Assembly: GCA_030765485.1 (NCBI GenBank) | Contig: JAVCCR010000017.1 | Location: 10,298-74,297 of the forward strand | Source of the DNA: Candidatus Gygaella obscura | GTDB lineage: Bacteria > Omnitrophota > Gorgyraeia > Gygaellales > Gygaellaceae | Direction: 5' to 3' | Length of the DNA stretch: 64,000 nt | Shown: positions 27,113 to 37,485 of the stretch, one piece after another | Position numbering within the stretch: position 1 is the first letter of the stretch | How the letters are laid out: the number at the start of each line of letters is the position of its first letter | The notes under the pieces: model-generated | Told to the model about the DNA's origin: nothing | The model's input: only the letters and a program-made list of their open reading frames with translations | The model's database searches: none | Made by a program: the position numbers and the translations under genes

Positions 27113-29917
27113 CTATTTCAAAAACTCTTTTAAGTATTTGGCGGTATAAGAAGCAGATGACTTTACGATTTCATCAATAGGTCCCATAAAAATAACACTG
27201 CCTCCTTTATCACCACCTTCTGGACCTAAATCAATTATGTAATCACAGGACTTGATAACATCTAAATTATGCTCTATTACCACCAAAGAATTACCTTTAT
27301 CAACCAAACGCTGCAATACATCCAACAGTTTGTTGATATCTTCAAAATGTAATCCCGTTGTCGGCTCATCTAAAACATAAAACGTCTTACCGGTTGATTT
27401 TTTACAAAGTTCCGAAGCCAGCTTTACTCTTTGCGCCTCTCCTCCGGATAAAGTCGTAGCAAACTGACCAATCTTTATATAACCTAATCCAACATCATAG
27501 AGAGAAAGCAAAATATGTTTTATCTTTGGTATGCTATCAAACAAACTCAAAGCATCAGATACAGGCATCTCTAAAACATCAGATATAGAAAAGCCCTTAT
27601 ATTTAATCTCTAGTGTGGACTCATTAAAACGTTTACCTGAACAGATCTCACAAGGAACATATACGGTTGGTAAAAAATGCATCTCTATTTTCTTTAATCC
27701 GTCCCCCTGGCAGGCTTCGCATCTTCCGCCTTTTACATTAAAGCTAAATCTACCCGGCTTAAAACCCCTGATTTTAGAATCAGGCAATCGAGAAAATAAT
27801 TCCCGGATATAAGTAAAAACACCTGTATATGTTGCAGGATTAGAACGTGGAGTTCTCCCAATAGGAGACTGATCAACCATTACTACCTTATCAATTAAAT
27901 CAGTTCCTTTAATCTCGGAATGTAAACCTGGTTTTTCTTTTGAATTATACAGCCTCTGTGATAACACTCTGTATAAAATATCTTCAACAAGAGTAGATTT
28001 ACCTGAACCAGAGACACCGGTAACGCATATAAATACCCCCAAAGGAAACTTAACATTGATATTTTTTAAATTATGTTCTCTTGCACCTTTAATAATTAAT
28101 TCTTTGCCGGATTCCGCAATCCTTCTTTCGCACGGTATTTTTATTTTAAATTCCTTTCTTAAATACTTAGCTGTCGAAGAATTTGCTTTAGCTAAAAAAT
28201 CATTAAATGATCCGTTAAACAATACACTACCGCCATATTCACCTGCGCCAGGACCTAAATCCACCACCCAATCACTAGCACGAATAGTAGTTTCATCATG
28301 CTCAACAATCAAAAGAGTATTACCCATACTTTTTAATCTATTAAGGCTTTTAATAAGTTTATCATTATCCCTTCTATGTAAACCAATACTAGGCTCATCC
28401 AAAACATAAATAACCCCGCTTAAACCTGAACCAATCTGAGTTGCTAGTTTTATCCTTTGCGCTTCACCTCCAGAAAGTGTTTGGCTTTTCCTGTCTAAAC
28501 CTATATAACCAATACCTACATCCATACAGAATCTTAACTTTTCCAAAATCTCTTTTAGAATATTGCCTGCTATAATTTTCTCGTTTTTAGATAACTTCAA
28601 ATTGAAAAAGAACTCATATGCCTGTGCAATAGACATTTGTGTAACCTGAAAAATATTTTTATTCTCTATCAAAACAAACAGGCTTTCTTTTCTAAGCCTT
28701 GAGCCGTTACAAACCGGACATTTTGATTTTGACATAAAATGAGTTATTTCCTGCTTTAAATAATCGCTTTTGGTTTGGTTAAACAGCCTTTCCAGATGCG
28801 GAATTATCCCCTCAAATGGCTTACCCCAAATATAAATATCGCTTCCGGAGATAATTTCTTTTTGAATGCGTTTAGGAAGTTTCTTAAAAGGAACGTCTAA
28901 ATCAAAATCAGCCACCCTTGAAAACTCTCTTAAAAGTGAGCGATAATACATTAAGTATCCGCGCGGTCCCTTTTTCCATGGTAAAATCGCTCCTTCAATG
29001 ATTGATTTGTCTTTATCCGGAATTATTAAATCAATATCAAATTCCTGTTTTGTGCCTAAGCCATTACATGCAGGACATGCCCCATAAGGAGAATTGAAAG
29101 AAAAAATTCGTGGCTCGATTTCTGGATAGCTTATTCCACAAACAGGACAAGCATAAAGTTCACTAAAAACTATTTCTTTAGAACTTCTGGTTTTATTACC
29201 TAAACCATAATTGACTAAGATATTGCCCTTGCCCGCCTTTAATGCTACCTCTACAGAATCATTCAATCTCTTTTTATTCTCACTGTTAACCTTTAAACGA
29301 TCGATAATAATATCGATATTATGAAGCTTGTGCTTATGTAGTTTAATTTCATCATTAATATCATAAATCTTGTTATCAATTCTTAACTTGGTAAATCCGG
29401 ATTTTCTAATCTGACTTATTAATTCTTTGTTTTCACCCTTTTTTCCAGATATTACAGGGGCATAAATTATAATACTTTGCTTATCTGTTGTTTTAATGAT
29501 CTGACTAACAATTTCTTGAGAGCTTTGACCTTTAATTAACCTTGAACATTTATAACAATAAGCCTTACCTATTTTGGCAAATAAAAGCCTTTGATAATCA
29601 TAAATCTCAGTTTGAGTGGCGGTTGTCGAACGAGGATTGCCACCGGAACTTCTTTGTTCTATAGCAATGCAAGGAGACAAACCTTCAATATGTTCTACAT
29701 CGGGTTTTTGTAATTGATGCAAGAACTGCCTTGCATAACTAGATAGACTTTCAATATATCGTCTTTGACCTTCAGCATATATAGTATCAAAAGCAAGACT
29801 GGATTTGCCAGAACCTGACAAACCTGACACAACAACAAGCTTTCCTTTGGGAATATCTAAACTAATATTCTTAAGATTGTGCTCCTTCGCACCCCTAATG
29901 ACAATAAAATCATTCAT
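27113..29917 (-). CDS. uvrA: Excinuclease ABC subunit A
   Basis: GAKEHNLKN, GLSGSGKSS, LSGGEAQRI, second ATPase GVSGSGKST, zinc fingers. Confidence 0.98.
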   Translation of the reverse strand: MNDFIVIRGAKEHNLKNISLDIPKGKLVVVSGLSGSGKSSLAFDTIYAEGQRRYIESLSSYARQFLHQLQKPDVEHIEGLSPCIAIEQRSSGGNPRSTTATQTEIYDYQRLLFAKIGKAYCYKCSRLIKGQSSQEIVSQIIKTTDKQSIIIYAPVISGKKGENKELISQIRKSGFTKLRIDNKIYDINDEIKLHKHKLHNIDIIIDRLKVNSENKKRLNDSVEVALKAGKGNILVNYGLGNKTRSSKEIVFSELYACPVCGISYPEIEPRIFSFNSPYGACPACNGLGTKQEFDIDLIIPDKDKSIIEGAILPWKKGPRGYLMYYRSLLREFSRVADFDLDVPFKKLPKRIQKEIISGSDIYIWGKPFEGIIPHLERLFNQTKSDYLKQEITHFMSKSKCPVCNGSRLRKESLFVLIENKNIFQVTQMSIAQAYEFFFNLKLSKNEKIIAGNILKEILEKLRFCMDVGIGYIGLDRKSQTLSGGEAQRIKLATQIGSGLSGVIYVLDEPSIGLHRRDNDKLIKSLNRLKSMGNTLLIVEHDETTIRASDWVVDLGPGAGEYGGSVLFNGSFNDFLAKANSSTAKYLRKEFKIKIPCERRIAESGKELIIKGAREHNLKNINVKFPLGVFICVTGVSGSGKSTLVEDILYRVLSQRLYNSKEKPGLHSEIKGTDLIDKVVMVDQSPIGRTPRSNPATYTGVFTYIRELFSRLPDSKIRGFKPGRFSFNVKGGRCEACQGDGLKKIEMHFLPTVYVPCEICSGKRFNESTLEIKYKGFSISDVLEMPVSDALSLFDSIPKIKHILLSLYDVGLGYIKIGQFATTLSGGEAQRVKLASELCKKSTGKTFYVLDEPTTGLHFEDINKLLDVLQRLVDKGNSLVVIEHNLDVIKSCDYIIDLGPEGGDKGGSVIFMGPIDEIVKSSASYTAKYLKEFLK

Positions 29918-29922
29918 TTTAA

Positions 29923-31101
29923 TTATTCTTTTCTTATCCTGCTCTTAAAAGGCGTGAATAAACAATACTTAATAATCTTAAAACCAATATTTATTAAACT
30001 TGGGAAGTGAAACAATAAATTTGCATAACTTTGATTAGCAAGCGGACAATAACAATTCTTTTTCTTGATGTCATTTAAAATAGATTTTGACTTTTTGGTA
30101 TTTAAAATCTTTTTAAAATCATAATCATAATCTCTTAAATTGCCGAAACTTTTTTTATAGCCTAAGACACAACAAGGCCATAATTGCCCATCAAAATTCA
30201 AATGAATACTAGAAATACCTGCGTAGCAAGGAATCACTTGTCTTTTTTCCTTAAGTATCCTTATAGCTAAATCGTAATATACTAATCTAAAAGCTTCACT
30301 CATACGAGTAAATCTATTTTTAAAACAAATATTTTTTTCAATTTTGCAGGAGAACTTTGCCACCAATTTTTGGTACTCTTCAGCGGTAGGGGTAATATAA
30401 TCACCTATATTAAAAAACTCTGATCTATTCTCTGCTATCTCATTACGATAACTTTCAATAGATAAAGAATGCACAAAATCCTCAATTTTGTCCAACTCGC
30501 CAATATTAAAAACTGAAATTACGGTCCCCAGCTCTAAATGAAAATTATCAAATTCTTCGGAAAACCCCTTTAATAATTTTATTGTTTCTAGCAACTTATC
30601 GAAATTACCTTTAACTCCTCTAATCTCATCATGTTTTGAGCCAATGCCATCAATAGAAGGCTTAACAGTCAAAACTATATCCAATCCGTTATCTTTTATT
30701 ATTTTCAGAATAGCTTTTGTTTTATCATGTATTAACTGCGGCAACAACGCATTGGTAGGAATATGAATAATCTTTGGTCTTAGATACTTACAGGCCAAAT
30801 CAACAATCTCTACAATATCTTCGCGTAAATAAGGCTCACCACCAGTAATATTAAAAAAATAAACTCTTCCAATCCGTTTAAAAATTTTCTCTATCTCAAT
30901 TAGGCTTAACTGGTCCTTAACCTTAGCTGGATTTCTTTTATATTCAAAACCAATTCTGCATGTTTTACAATTAGACTGGCATGCGCAGGTTATACCAAAA
31001 CTAAAAACTAAAGGTTTATTACTTCTAAAAATTCCTAAAAAAGAAATCCTACACAAAATAATCCTATAAAAAATAAACAAAACGGTATCTTTTATTTTCA
31101 T
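29923..31101 (-). CDS. Radical SAM protein with SPASM/twitch-like C-terminus
   Basis: CQSNCKTC, TGGEP, SIDG..HDEIRG, CYAG...PCC...CYC. Confidence 0.88.
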   Translation of the reverse strand: MKIKDTVLFIFYRIILCRISFLGIFRSNKPLVFSFGITCACQSNCKTCRIGFEYKRNPAKVKDQLSLIEIEKIFKRIGRVYFFNITGGEPYLREDIVEIVDLACKYLRPKIIHIPTNALLPQLIHDKTKAILKIIKDNGLDIVLTVKPSIDGIGSKHDEIRGVKGNFDKLLETIKLLKGFSEEFDNFHLELGTVISVFNIGELDKIEDFVHSLSIESYRNEIAENRSEFFNIGDYITPTAEEYQKLVAKFSCKIEKNICFKNRFTRMSEAFRLVYYDLAIRILKEKRQVIPCYAGISSIHLNFDGQLWPCCVLGYKKSFGNLRDYDYDFKKILNTKKSKSILNDIKKKNCYCPLANQSYANLLFHFPSLINIGFKIIKYCLFTPFKSRIRKE

Positions 31102-31122
31102 TTTATTCCTATTTAAATTCTG

Positions 31123-32088
31123 TTACTTCTTGTTATGATTTAACCAGTTTAATAAAGAATAACAAAACGCTAATAACAACAAAGAAGCTATATTTAAAAT
31201 ACGTACTAAGCCAGCTACCAATAAACCTTGAACGACACTAAAACCAAAAAATTTAGAAGATAAAACTATAACTCCCTCCTGCAGGCCTAAAGATGAAGGC
31301 GTAATTTTTAAAAGCATACCAAAGGCAGTCATAGATGCAATAAAAGTGGCAGCTCGTAAACTAACTTCATAACCATATGAAAGAAAAGAAAAATAAACAA
31401 TCAAAGCAAGTATCATTATTCTCAACAAAGTTAGCACCGATAGTTTTAAAAAAACTTTTTCTTTATTTTTAATAGCTTTCCATCCATCAATACAATTATA
31501 AATAAATGTTAAAAAAGCATTGTTGGCTTTTTTTATACCAATCTTCAAATCAGAAATAACTATATAAAAGCAAACTAATAAAATTAAAACTAAAATAATT
31601 AAAATGGGAATATTATAAATCCCGTCATTTAAATAAATTAATAATAATGAAAATAAACCAATAAATGAATTAATAGTCAAATAAACAAAATATGTTGCCA
31701 TCAAGAAACTTAAATAGTAAGCATACGATAAATTATGAAGTTTTTTAAAATAAAAACCTCTGCCACTGAAACCACCAAAAGGCAAAAAATAATCACCTAG
31801 ACTAGTAAATATCGTAATACCAAAACATTCCCTAAGTTTAAGTTTTTTTTCAAAAGAACGCATCAACAATTGAATAAACCAGCTACGAACAACAACACCC
31901 AAAACAAAAAACAAAAATATAATTAAAATATTTTTCCAACTAATTCTTTTTAAAACGATAAATTCCTGATAGTTATTTCTTATATAGAAAATAAGAGCTC
32001 CTAGCATACATATTAATAACAATATTGAGATGCTTCTTTTGTTTATTATTTTCTTCATTTCTTTATAATTAACAACCCCATCAATCAA
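31123..32088 (-). CDS. Lysylphosphatidylglycerol-synthase TM domain (flippase-like) protein
   Basis: 8-9 TM segments, FLPFGG, ITPSSLGLQEG; true start may be about 10 codons later. Confidence 0.78.
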   Translation of the reverse strand: MIDGVVNYKEMKKIINKRSISILLLICMLGALIFYIRNNYQEFIVLKRISWKNILIIFLFFVLGVVVRSWFIQLLMRSFEKKLKLRECFGITIFTSLGDYFLPFGGFSGRGFYFKKLHNLSYAYYLSFLMATYFVYLTINSFIGLFSLLLIYLNDGIYNIPILIILVLILLVCFYIVISDLKIGIKKANNAFLTFIYNCIDGWKAIKNKEKVFLKLSVLTLLRIMILALIVYFSFLSYGYEVSLRAATFIASMTAFGMLLKITPSSLGLQEGVIVLSSKFFGFSVVQGLLVAGLVRILNIASLLLLAFCYSLLNWLNHNKK

Positions 32089-33304
32089 ACAATTTTTTTA
32101 TATCTTTAGCTATTTGCGATGACAATTCGTGTTGTTGTTCTATTTTTTTACTTAAAGACGCTATAAAATCGGTATCATTATATTTATCTTTTGCTATTTC
32201 AAAAATAATCTGTAGACTTTTATTCGTTACTTCATCGACACTAATAACATAATCAGACAAACCTAAAGTATACATTAAATCATAAGTTTTCTTACCGTAG
32301 GCAATACCAATCATAGGCTTGAGAAATTCTGCAAATAATACCAAAGAATGAAACCTCATGCCTAAAACAAAATCCATTTCTTTTAAAACTGCTTTTATTT
32401 CAGAAGGTGAAAGTTCCTCCCCTATAACCTCACAAACATTTTTATTAACCATTAATTCTACAGTATCTTTAGCTGCCAACCTATCATCATTAGGATTCTT
32501 TATTGACATGTTTACAAAAAATATTTTTGCATTATGCTTCTCAACTAAATAATCAGCAAAAGCAGCATATTCTTCAATCATCTGTTTATATTTACCCTCT
32601 CCACCGTTAACCCATTCTTTTTCCTTCAAACTACTTATATGTCTCAAATGCCATCTTCTAATAACAAAAGCAACATTAAATGTTTTTGACTTACTTTTTA
32701 AATTATTTAATTTATCTATTTTCTTACATTCAACATCATAGCTTAAAAGAAATACTGGATCAGCAGCTAATTTTAATATTGAATCTTTTACTTTAAACGA
32801 TTTTAAAATGTTTAACGAAAATATTCCTCTAACAGTAACTAAATTCATCCTATTTAATATAAGCCTAATCATAATTTTGTTAAAACCCGAAGATATAGAA
32901 CCAACACCTATCCCATACATTATATTTTTTTTGAAAAGTAACTGCGAAAATAATATTTTTAACATCCAAAAAAGAATAAAAAAAGGATGGGTTTTGTCCT
33001 GTAAAACAGTACCTCCTCCTTGAACAAACAAATTACATTTTATATAAACCAATAAGGTTTGAGTGATCCATCTAAGAGAATCTAATCCTTTTAATCCTGG
33101 TTGAAACAATCCGAATCTTCCAGAATAAACAAATTCTCCAAAATTATACCTAGATTTTGAATATTCAGGATCATCAGAAAAAAAACAAAAGCTCGCATTT
33201 GGGAATTGCTTGGCCAACTGATGGTAAATAACAACCATAAGGGCTTCATCTCCAGCATTACCGTTTCCATAACCACCTGAAATAAGAATATTATTCACTT
33301 CCAT
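32081..33304 (-). CDS. Polysaccharide pyruvyl transferase family (CsaB/WcaK-like)
   Basis: GYGNGNAGDEA, GGGTVLQD, TVR, ADP, GMRFHS. Confidence 0.88.
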   Translation of the reverse strand: MEVNNILISGGYGNGNAGDEALMVVIYHQLAKQFPNASFCFFSDDPEYSKSRYNFGEFVYSGRFGLFQPGLKGLDSLRWITQTLLVYIKCNLFVQGGGTVLQDKTHPFFILFWMLKILFSQLLFKKNIMYGIGVGSISSGFNKIMIRLILNRMNLVTVRGIFSLNILKSFKVKDSILKLAADPVFLLSYDVECKKIDKLNNLKSKSKTFNVAFVIRRWHLRHISSLKEKEWVNGGEGKYKQMIEEYAAFADYLVEKHNAKIFFVNMSIKNPNDDRLAAKDTVELMVNKNVCEVIGEELSPSEIKAVLKEMDFVLGMRFHSLVLFAEFLKPMIGIAYGKKTYDLMYTLGLSDYVISVDEVTNKSLQIIFEIAKDKYNDTDFIASLSKKIEQQHELSSQIAKDIKKLFD

Positions 33305-33308
33305 TAAG

Positions 33309-34094
33309 TTATTTTTCTCCTACGACATAAAAAAGATGTGCATAAAGAAATTTCATAACTAACGGTAACGGAAGACATTCGATAAAATAAACACAATCAA
33401 ACCATTTAGGAAAACGATTATTTTTGACATATTCAACATATGGCACTTCCCATACGATCTCGGAAGAAACCTTATTCATCCTATGTAATCTTATATCACG
33501 GAATCCAACCGAATCTGGCCAAACAGGACAATCAACTAATCCTATTTGAACATTTTTTAAACCGTTTTTCTCCATAAACTTCTTCATAAAATAAGGACTA
33601 TTAAATCTTATGTCTCCATGCGTCCAAGGAATCTTAGTGCGAAAATGGGCGAATCGATGTAAATAAAAACCGATATTTTTGTTATTGACAGAACAAAAAG
33701 CAACATAACGCTTAGAAATTCTTTTCATCTCTTCAAGCAACTTATTTCTTTTATTAAATTCAGCGATAAAACCAAGGCTCCACACAAAATCAAAGGTATT
33801 ATCTTCGAATCCAGTACATAAAATATCATCTACGAATGAAAAATCAACATTTTCACTTATGTTTAGCTTTTTGTAATATTGTTCGGAGTTCTTGTCGCCA
33901 TTTACAAGCATGACTTTCGCCCCAGCAAGAGCAAAATCAAGGGAATATAAAGATGGTGCTGCCTTTGCTCCATGTGCTGGAATTTCACAAACAGAATTAA
34001 TCTTAAGTTGTTCCTTCAGTAGTTTTAATTTCCTACCCAAGGCAAATCTTTCATAATTTACACCGAAAACTTCTTTTTCCTTACGAATGTTCAA
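33309..34094 (-). CDS. Class I SAM-dependent methyltransferase-like protein
   Basis: FEDNTFDFVWS, LLEEMKRISKRYV; motif I atypical. Confidence 0.68.
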   Translation of the reverse strand: MNIRKEKEVFGVNYERFALGRKLKLLKEQLKINSVCEIPAHGAKAAPSLYSLDFALAGAKVMLVNGDKNSEQYYKKLNISENVDFSFVDDILCTGFEDNTFDFVWSLGFIAEFNKRNKLLEEMKRISKRYVAFCSVNNKNIGFYLHRFAHFRTKIPWTHGDIRFNSPYFMKKFMEKNGLKNVQIGLVDCPVWPDSVGFRDIRLHRMNKVSSEIVWEVPYVEYVKNNRFPKWFDCVYFIECLPLPLVMKFLYAHLFYVVGEK

Positions 34095-35089
34095 ATCAAA
34101 CCTTCTTTCTTATACCACGATAATGTTTTTAATAATCCTTCTTTTAAAGAAACCTTTGGATGAAATTTAAAAATATGATTAGACTTATCAAAATTTATGA
34201 ATCTATCAAATGTAATGGATGAAATGTTTCTATAAGTAACTATTGGATTCTTTCCAACCGACAAAAATGTTTTTTCTTCAATAAAAGCAAGTAACCTTGC
34301 TAGAAAAATCGGTAAATATATCCTAATTAACTTTTTCTTGAAAAAAGTCTGCATAATATTGGCCACTTCATTTTGTGTATTTGATTTATCAGGACCCACT
34401 AAATACAATTCTTTTAAAGATGCTTTATCGATTGCCAAAATAACTAAATCAATTAAATCATCTATATACATCGCTGGAAAAAAATTATTACCGTTACCAA
34501 ACTTTGGATAAAATCTACTTTTAGCCACCCTGGCCATTGTTAAAAAATCACCGGTAAATCCTGGACCATATATCATGCAAGGTCTAAGAATCACTAGCGG
34601 CAAACCATTATTCATATAAGAAAAAACCAATAAATCAGCTTCGTATTTAGACACCTGGTAGCAAGTAAAGGGATTGCATGAAGTTTCTTCACTTAATAAA
34701 TGATTTCTTAATATACCGTAAGTAGCAGTACTACTAAAATGAAATATTTTTTTTATGTCATCAATATTATTCAAACACTGCTTAAGAATATTTCGAGTAC
34801 CTTCAACATTAACCCTTCGAAATCTTTCCAAAGATTCCTTTGAAGGCAGATCATGACCCTTTATTGAAGCTAAATGAAAAACATAATCAATCCCATCAGT
34901 AATTCCATTTAGGCTTTCCGGATCAACAATATCACCTACAATAAATTCTATATTATCAAAACCATAAAATATAGACTTCGCCTTATCTAGATCCCTTACT
35001 AAACACCTGCAGTCAAACCCTAGACCATGCAATCTTTTCACTAGATAAGTTCCAATAAAACCTGTCGCTCCTGTAATTAATGCTTTCAT
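34091..35089 (-). CDS. NAD-dependent epimerase/dehydratase
   Basis: GATGFIG, VFHLAS, NVEGT, SS, YQVSK, IYGPG. Confidence 0.92.
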   Translation of the reverse strand: MKALITGATGFIGTYLVKRLHGLGFDCRCLVRDLDKAKSIFYGFDNIEFIVGDIVDPESLNGITDGIDYVFHLASIKGHDLPSKESLERFRRVNVEGTRNILKQCLNNIDDIKKIFHFSSTATYGILRNHLLSEETSCNPFTCYQVSKYEADLLVFSYMNNGLPLVILRPCMIYGPGFTGDFLTMARVAKSRFYPKFGNGNNFFPAMYIDDLIDLVILAIDKASLKELYLVGPDKSNTQNEVANIMQTFFKKKLIRIYLPIFLARLLAFIEEKTFLSVGKNPIVTYRNISSITFDRFINFDKSNHIFKFHPKVSLKEGLLKTLSWYKKEGLI

Positions 35090-35099
35090 GATTAATTTT

Positions 35100-36245
35100 C
35101 TAAGAATTTAACTTTTCTATTGCTGATATTGTCTCATCAGCAAATCTATTCCAAGAATAATATTGCGATAATTCCTTTGAATCTTTGGCTAATTTGACAT
35201 TTAAAGCTTCATCCTGTAAAACTTCTTTAATCTTACTAGCTAAATCAACTGCATTCAAACGCTCTATAACGGCTCTTTCGTCTTTAACTAAATCGGTTAA
35301 TCCTCCCACCCTGGTTACTAATAAGGCTTTGTGAAACGCTAAAGCAATATTTCCTACTCCGCTCTGGGCATCAAAATGACGGTATGGAAGAACAACCAAA
35401 TCACAGGCAGTAAAAAAATATTTCACTTCTCGCATAGGAATATACTTAAGATATGTTTTGACTAACCCTTCTAATTGATTATCTTTAATAAAGTTATCGT
35501 AATCTTTCCAATCTATCCATTTCTCTCCAGCTATCACAAATAAAAAATTTCCCATCATTTGTTTTAATAAACTTGCTGCTTCAAGAAACTCTTTAACTCC
35601 TTTATAATCTCTAATATTTCCAAACAATAAAACCATTTTAATATTTTTATCAATATTAAGCCTTGCACGAGATTCCTGTTTTGAAATATTCTCAGAATCC
35701 AAATATAAATCATGTATGCCCATAGAAACTATATGTATCTTGCTTTTACTAATATTAAAACTATCTACCAGCTGTTTTTTATTAATTTCTGTGTGGACAA
35801 AATACCTATTACTAAAAAAACAAACAATCTTAAAAACAAACCGATAACCAAATGATTTCTCATGTGGAAATACATTATGAACAGTCAAAAAAACAACTTT
35901 CTTCCTTAAGCGCAGAATTACTATAACAAAAATCCAAATAAAACCAACCGGAAGACTCCACCATTGTAAAATAATAACTTTAGAACTTGCCAAAAAGGCA
36001 GATCTTATCCAACTTAATGGATTATAATAAGTTACTAATCTCTTAATCTTTAATTGATCTGTAGGGCTAACGCTGAATTCATGACTATTTTCCGACACTC
36101 CACCAGGATACAATTTCTCCGGATAAAGCTTTTTAAATGAAATAAACTCAACAAAAACTTTTTCAGAAAGCGCCTTGGCTGCCAACCAACAATAATAGGC
36201 ATTGCCTTTTAAAGGTGGCAATGTACCAAAAATGGTAATTTTCAC
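35100..36245 (-). CDS. Glycosyltransferase family 4
   Basis: TVHNVFPHE, FGNIRDYKG, DLVVLPY, QSGV, TRVGGL. Confidence 0.9.
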   Translation of the reverse strand: MKITIFGTLPPLKGNAYYCWLAAKALSEKVFVEFISFKKLYPEKLYPGGVSENSHEFSVSPTDQLKIKRLVTYYNPLSWIRSAFLASSKVIILQWWSLPVGFIWIFVIVILRLRKKVVFLTVHNVFPHEKSFGYRFVFKIVCFFSNRYFVHTEINKKQLVDSFNISKSKIHIVSMGIHDLYLDSENISKQESRARLNIDKNIKMVLLFGNIRDYKGVKEFLEAASLLKQMMGNFLFVIAGEKWIDWKDYDNFIKDNQLEGLVKTYLKYIPMREVKYFFTACDLVVLPYRHFDAQSGVGNIALAFHKALLVTRVGGLTDLVKDERAVIERLNAVDLASKIKEVLQDEALNVKLAKDSKELSQYYSWNRFADETISAIEKLNS

Positions 36246-36262
36246 AAAATCCTCGGTTTTTT

Positions 36263-37390
36263 TTAGGAATCAATCAGTTTCTTAACGGCAACAATAACAT
36301 CTTCAGAAGAAATAAGATCCATGCAATCGGGAATCAAGGAACAGCTCTTTTTATAACAACATAAGCAATCCAATTCAGGAGCATAAAGCTTTATGCCTTT
36401 ATTGTATAAATCTATCTCACTAGAAGAAGTTGGCCCAAATAAACAAATAATTTTCTTACCTAAGGCACAAGCAATATGTAAAGCCAATGTATCTGCTGTA
36501 ATCAAAAGATCAATTTTATTAATCAAAGCGGCGAATTGCCCTAGCGATCTGTCGCATCCCGCATCGACCAAATAATTATTGGCCTGAGACATAATGAGTT
36601 TGTTACGATCTATTTCATCTGGTCCTCCGAATAAAATAATATTGGAATCAAAATTATCTCTCAACAGATAAGATAATTTTATGGTACTCTCTACAGACCA
36701 TTTTTTTTTATCCCACATTTTTCCGGCCCCAGTATTCAAACCGAATACAAAACCTTGAGTAATCTTATTTTTCTTAAAAAAGTCCTCAGCGAATTTTAAA
36801 TCTGAATCGTTAAGTTTTATTACTGGTTTTTGACCTTTAAACTTTAAACCAGACATTTCATAAATAATTTCCTGATAGGTTTTATCGTTTTTCTTTTTTA
36901 AATCATCATCTACAGCCATCATTAAATAGTATTCTGCCATTTTATTTAAGGGTATTATTCTTGAGTTTTTATCTAAAATAAACCCATATTTATTGCGCGC
37001 GCATGTAACGGCGGATAACAAACAAGAAGTCTTATCGTTACTGGGGTTTATTACAATATCAAACTTTTCAACTAATAAATTAGCTAATGCTAAATCTTCA
37101 ATACATAATAAACTATCAATATAAGGATTATCAATCAATAAAGGCAAAGATATCTTTCTTGTCAACCAGCTAATATGAGCATGTGGATATTTATCTTTTA
37201 AACCAGGCAATATACAAGTAGTTCTTAAAACATCACCAATAGAATCTAGCTTTATAATAAGAATTCTTTCTTTAACCGGCGTAAATTTATCGCAATTAAT
37301 ACATTTATTTTTATTACTTTTATGATAAATGCAAGGTTGACTTCCCTTAAAAAAACGACAATCAAAATGTATTTTCTTAATTTTTTCCAT
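36263..37390 (-). CDS. Glycosyltransferase family 9 (heptosyltransferase-like)
   Basis: IIKLDSIGDVL, KKW, DTLALHIA, LFGPT. Confidence 0.9.
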   Translation of the reverse strand: MEKIKKIHFDCRFFKGSQPCIYHKSNKNKCINCDKFTPVKERILIIKLDSIGDVLRTTCILPGLKDKYPHAHISWLTRKISLPLLIDNPYIDSLLCIEDLALANLLVEKFDIVINPSNDKTSCLLSAVTCARNKYGFILDKNSRIIPLNKMAEYYLMMAVDDDLKKKNDKTYQEIIYEMSGLKFKGQKPVIKLNDSDLKFAEDFFKKNKITQGFVFGLNTGAGKMWDKKKWSVESTIKLSYLLRDNFDSNIILFGGPDEIDRNKLIMSQANNYLVDAGCDRSLGQFAALINKIDLLITADTLALHIACALGKKIICLFGPTSSSEIDLYNKGIKLYAPELDCLCCYKKSCSLIPDCMDLISSEDVIVAVKKLIDS

Positions 37391-37485
37391 TACAAAAATT
37401 TACTTTCAATTATTAAACGCTAAATATCTATAAAAATATTTACAAACATGGCTATTTTTTACATAAATATAAAGCAATATTGTCA

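Noticed and set aside
33091-33276. Short minus-strand alternate-frame ORFs (also 58568-58756)
   Set aside because: Nested out of frame inside longer credible genes with no independent signals
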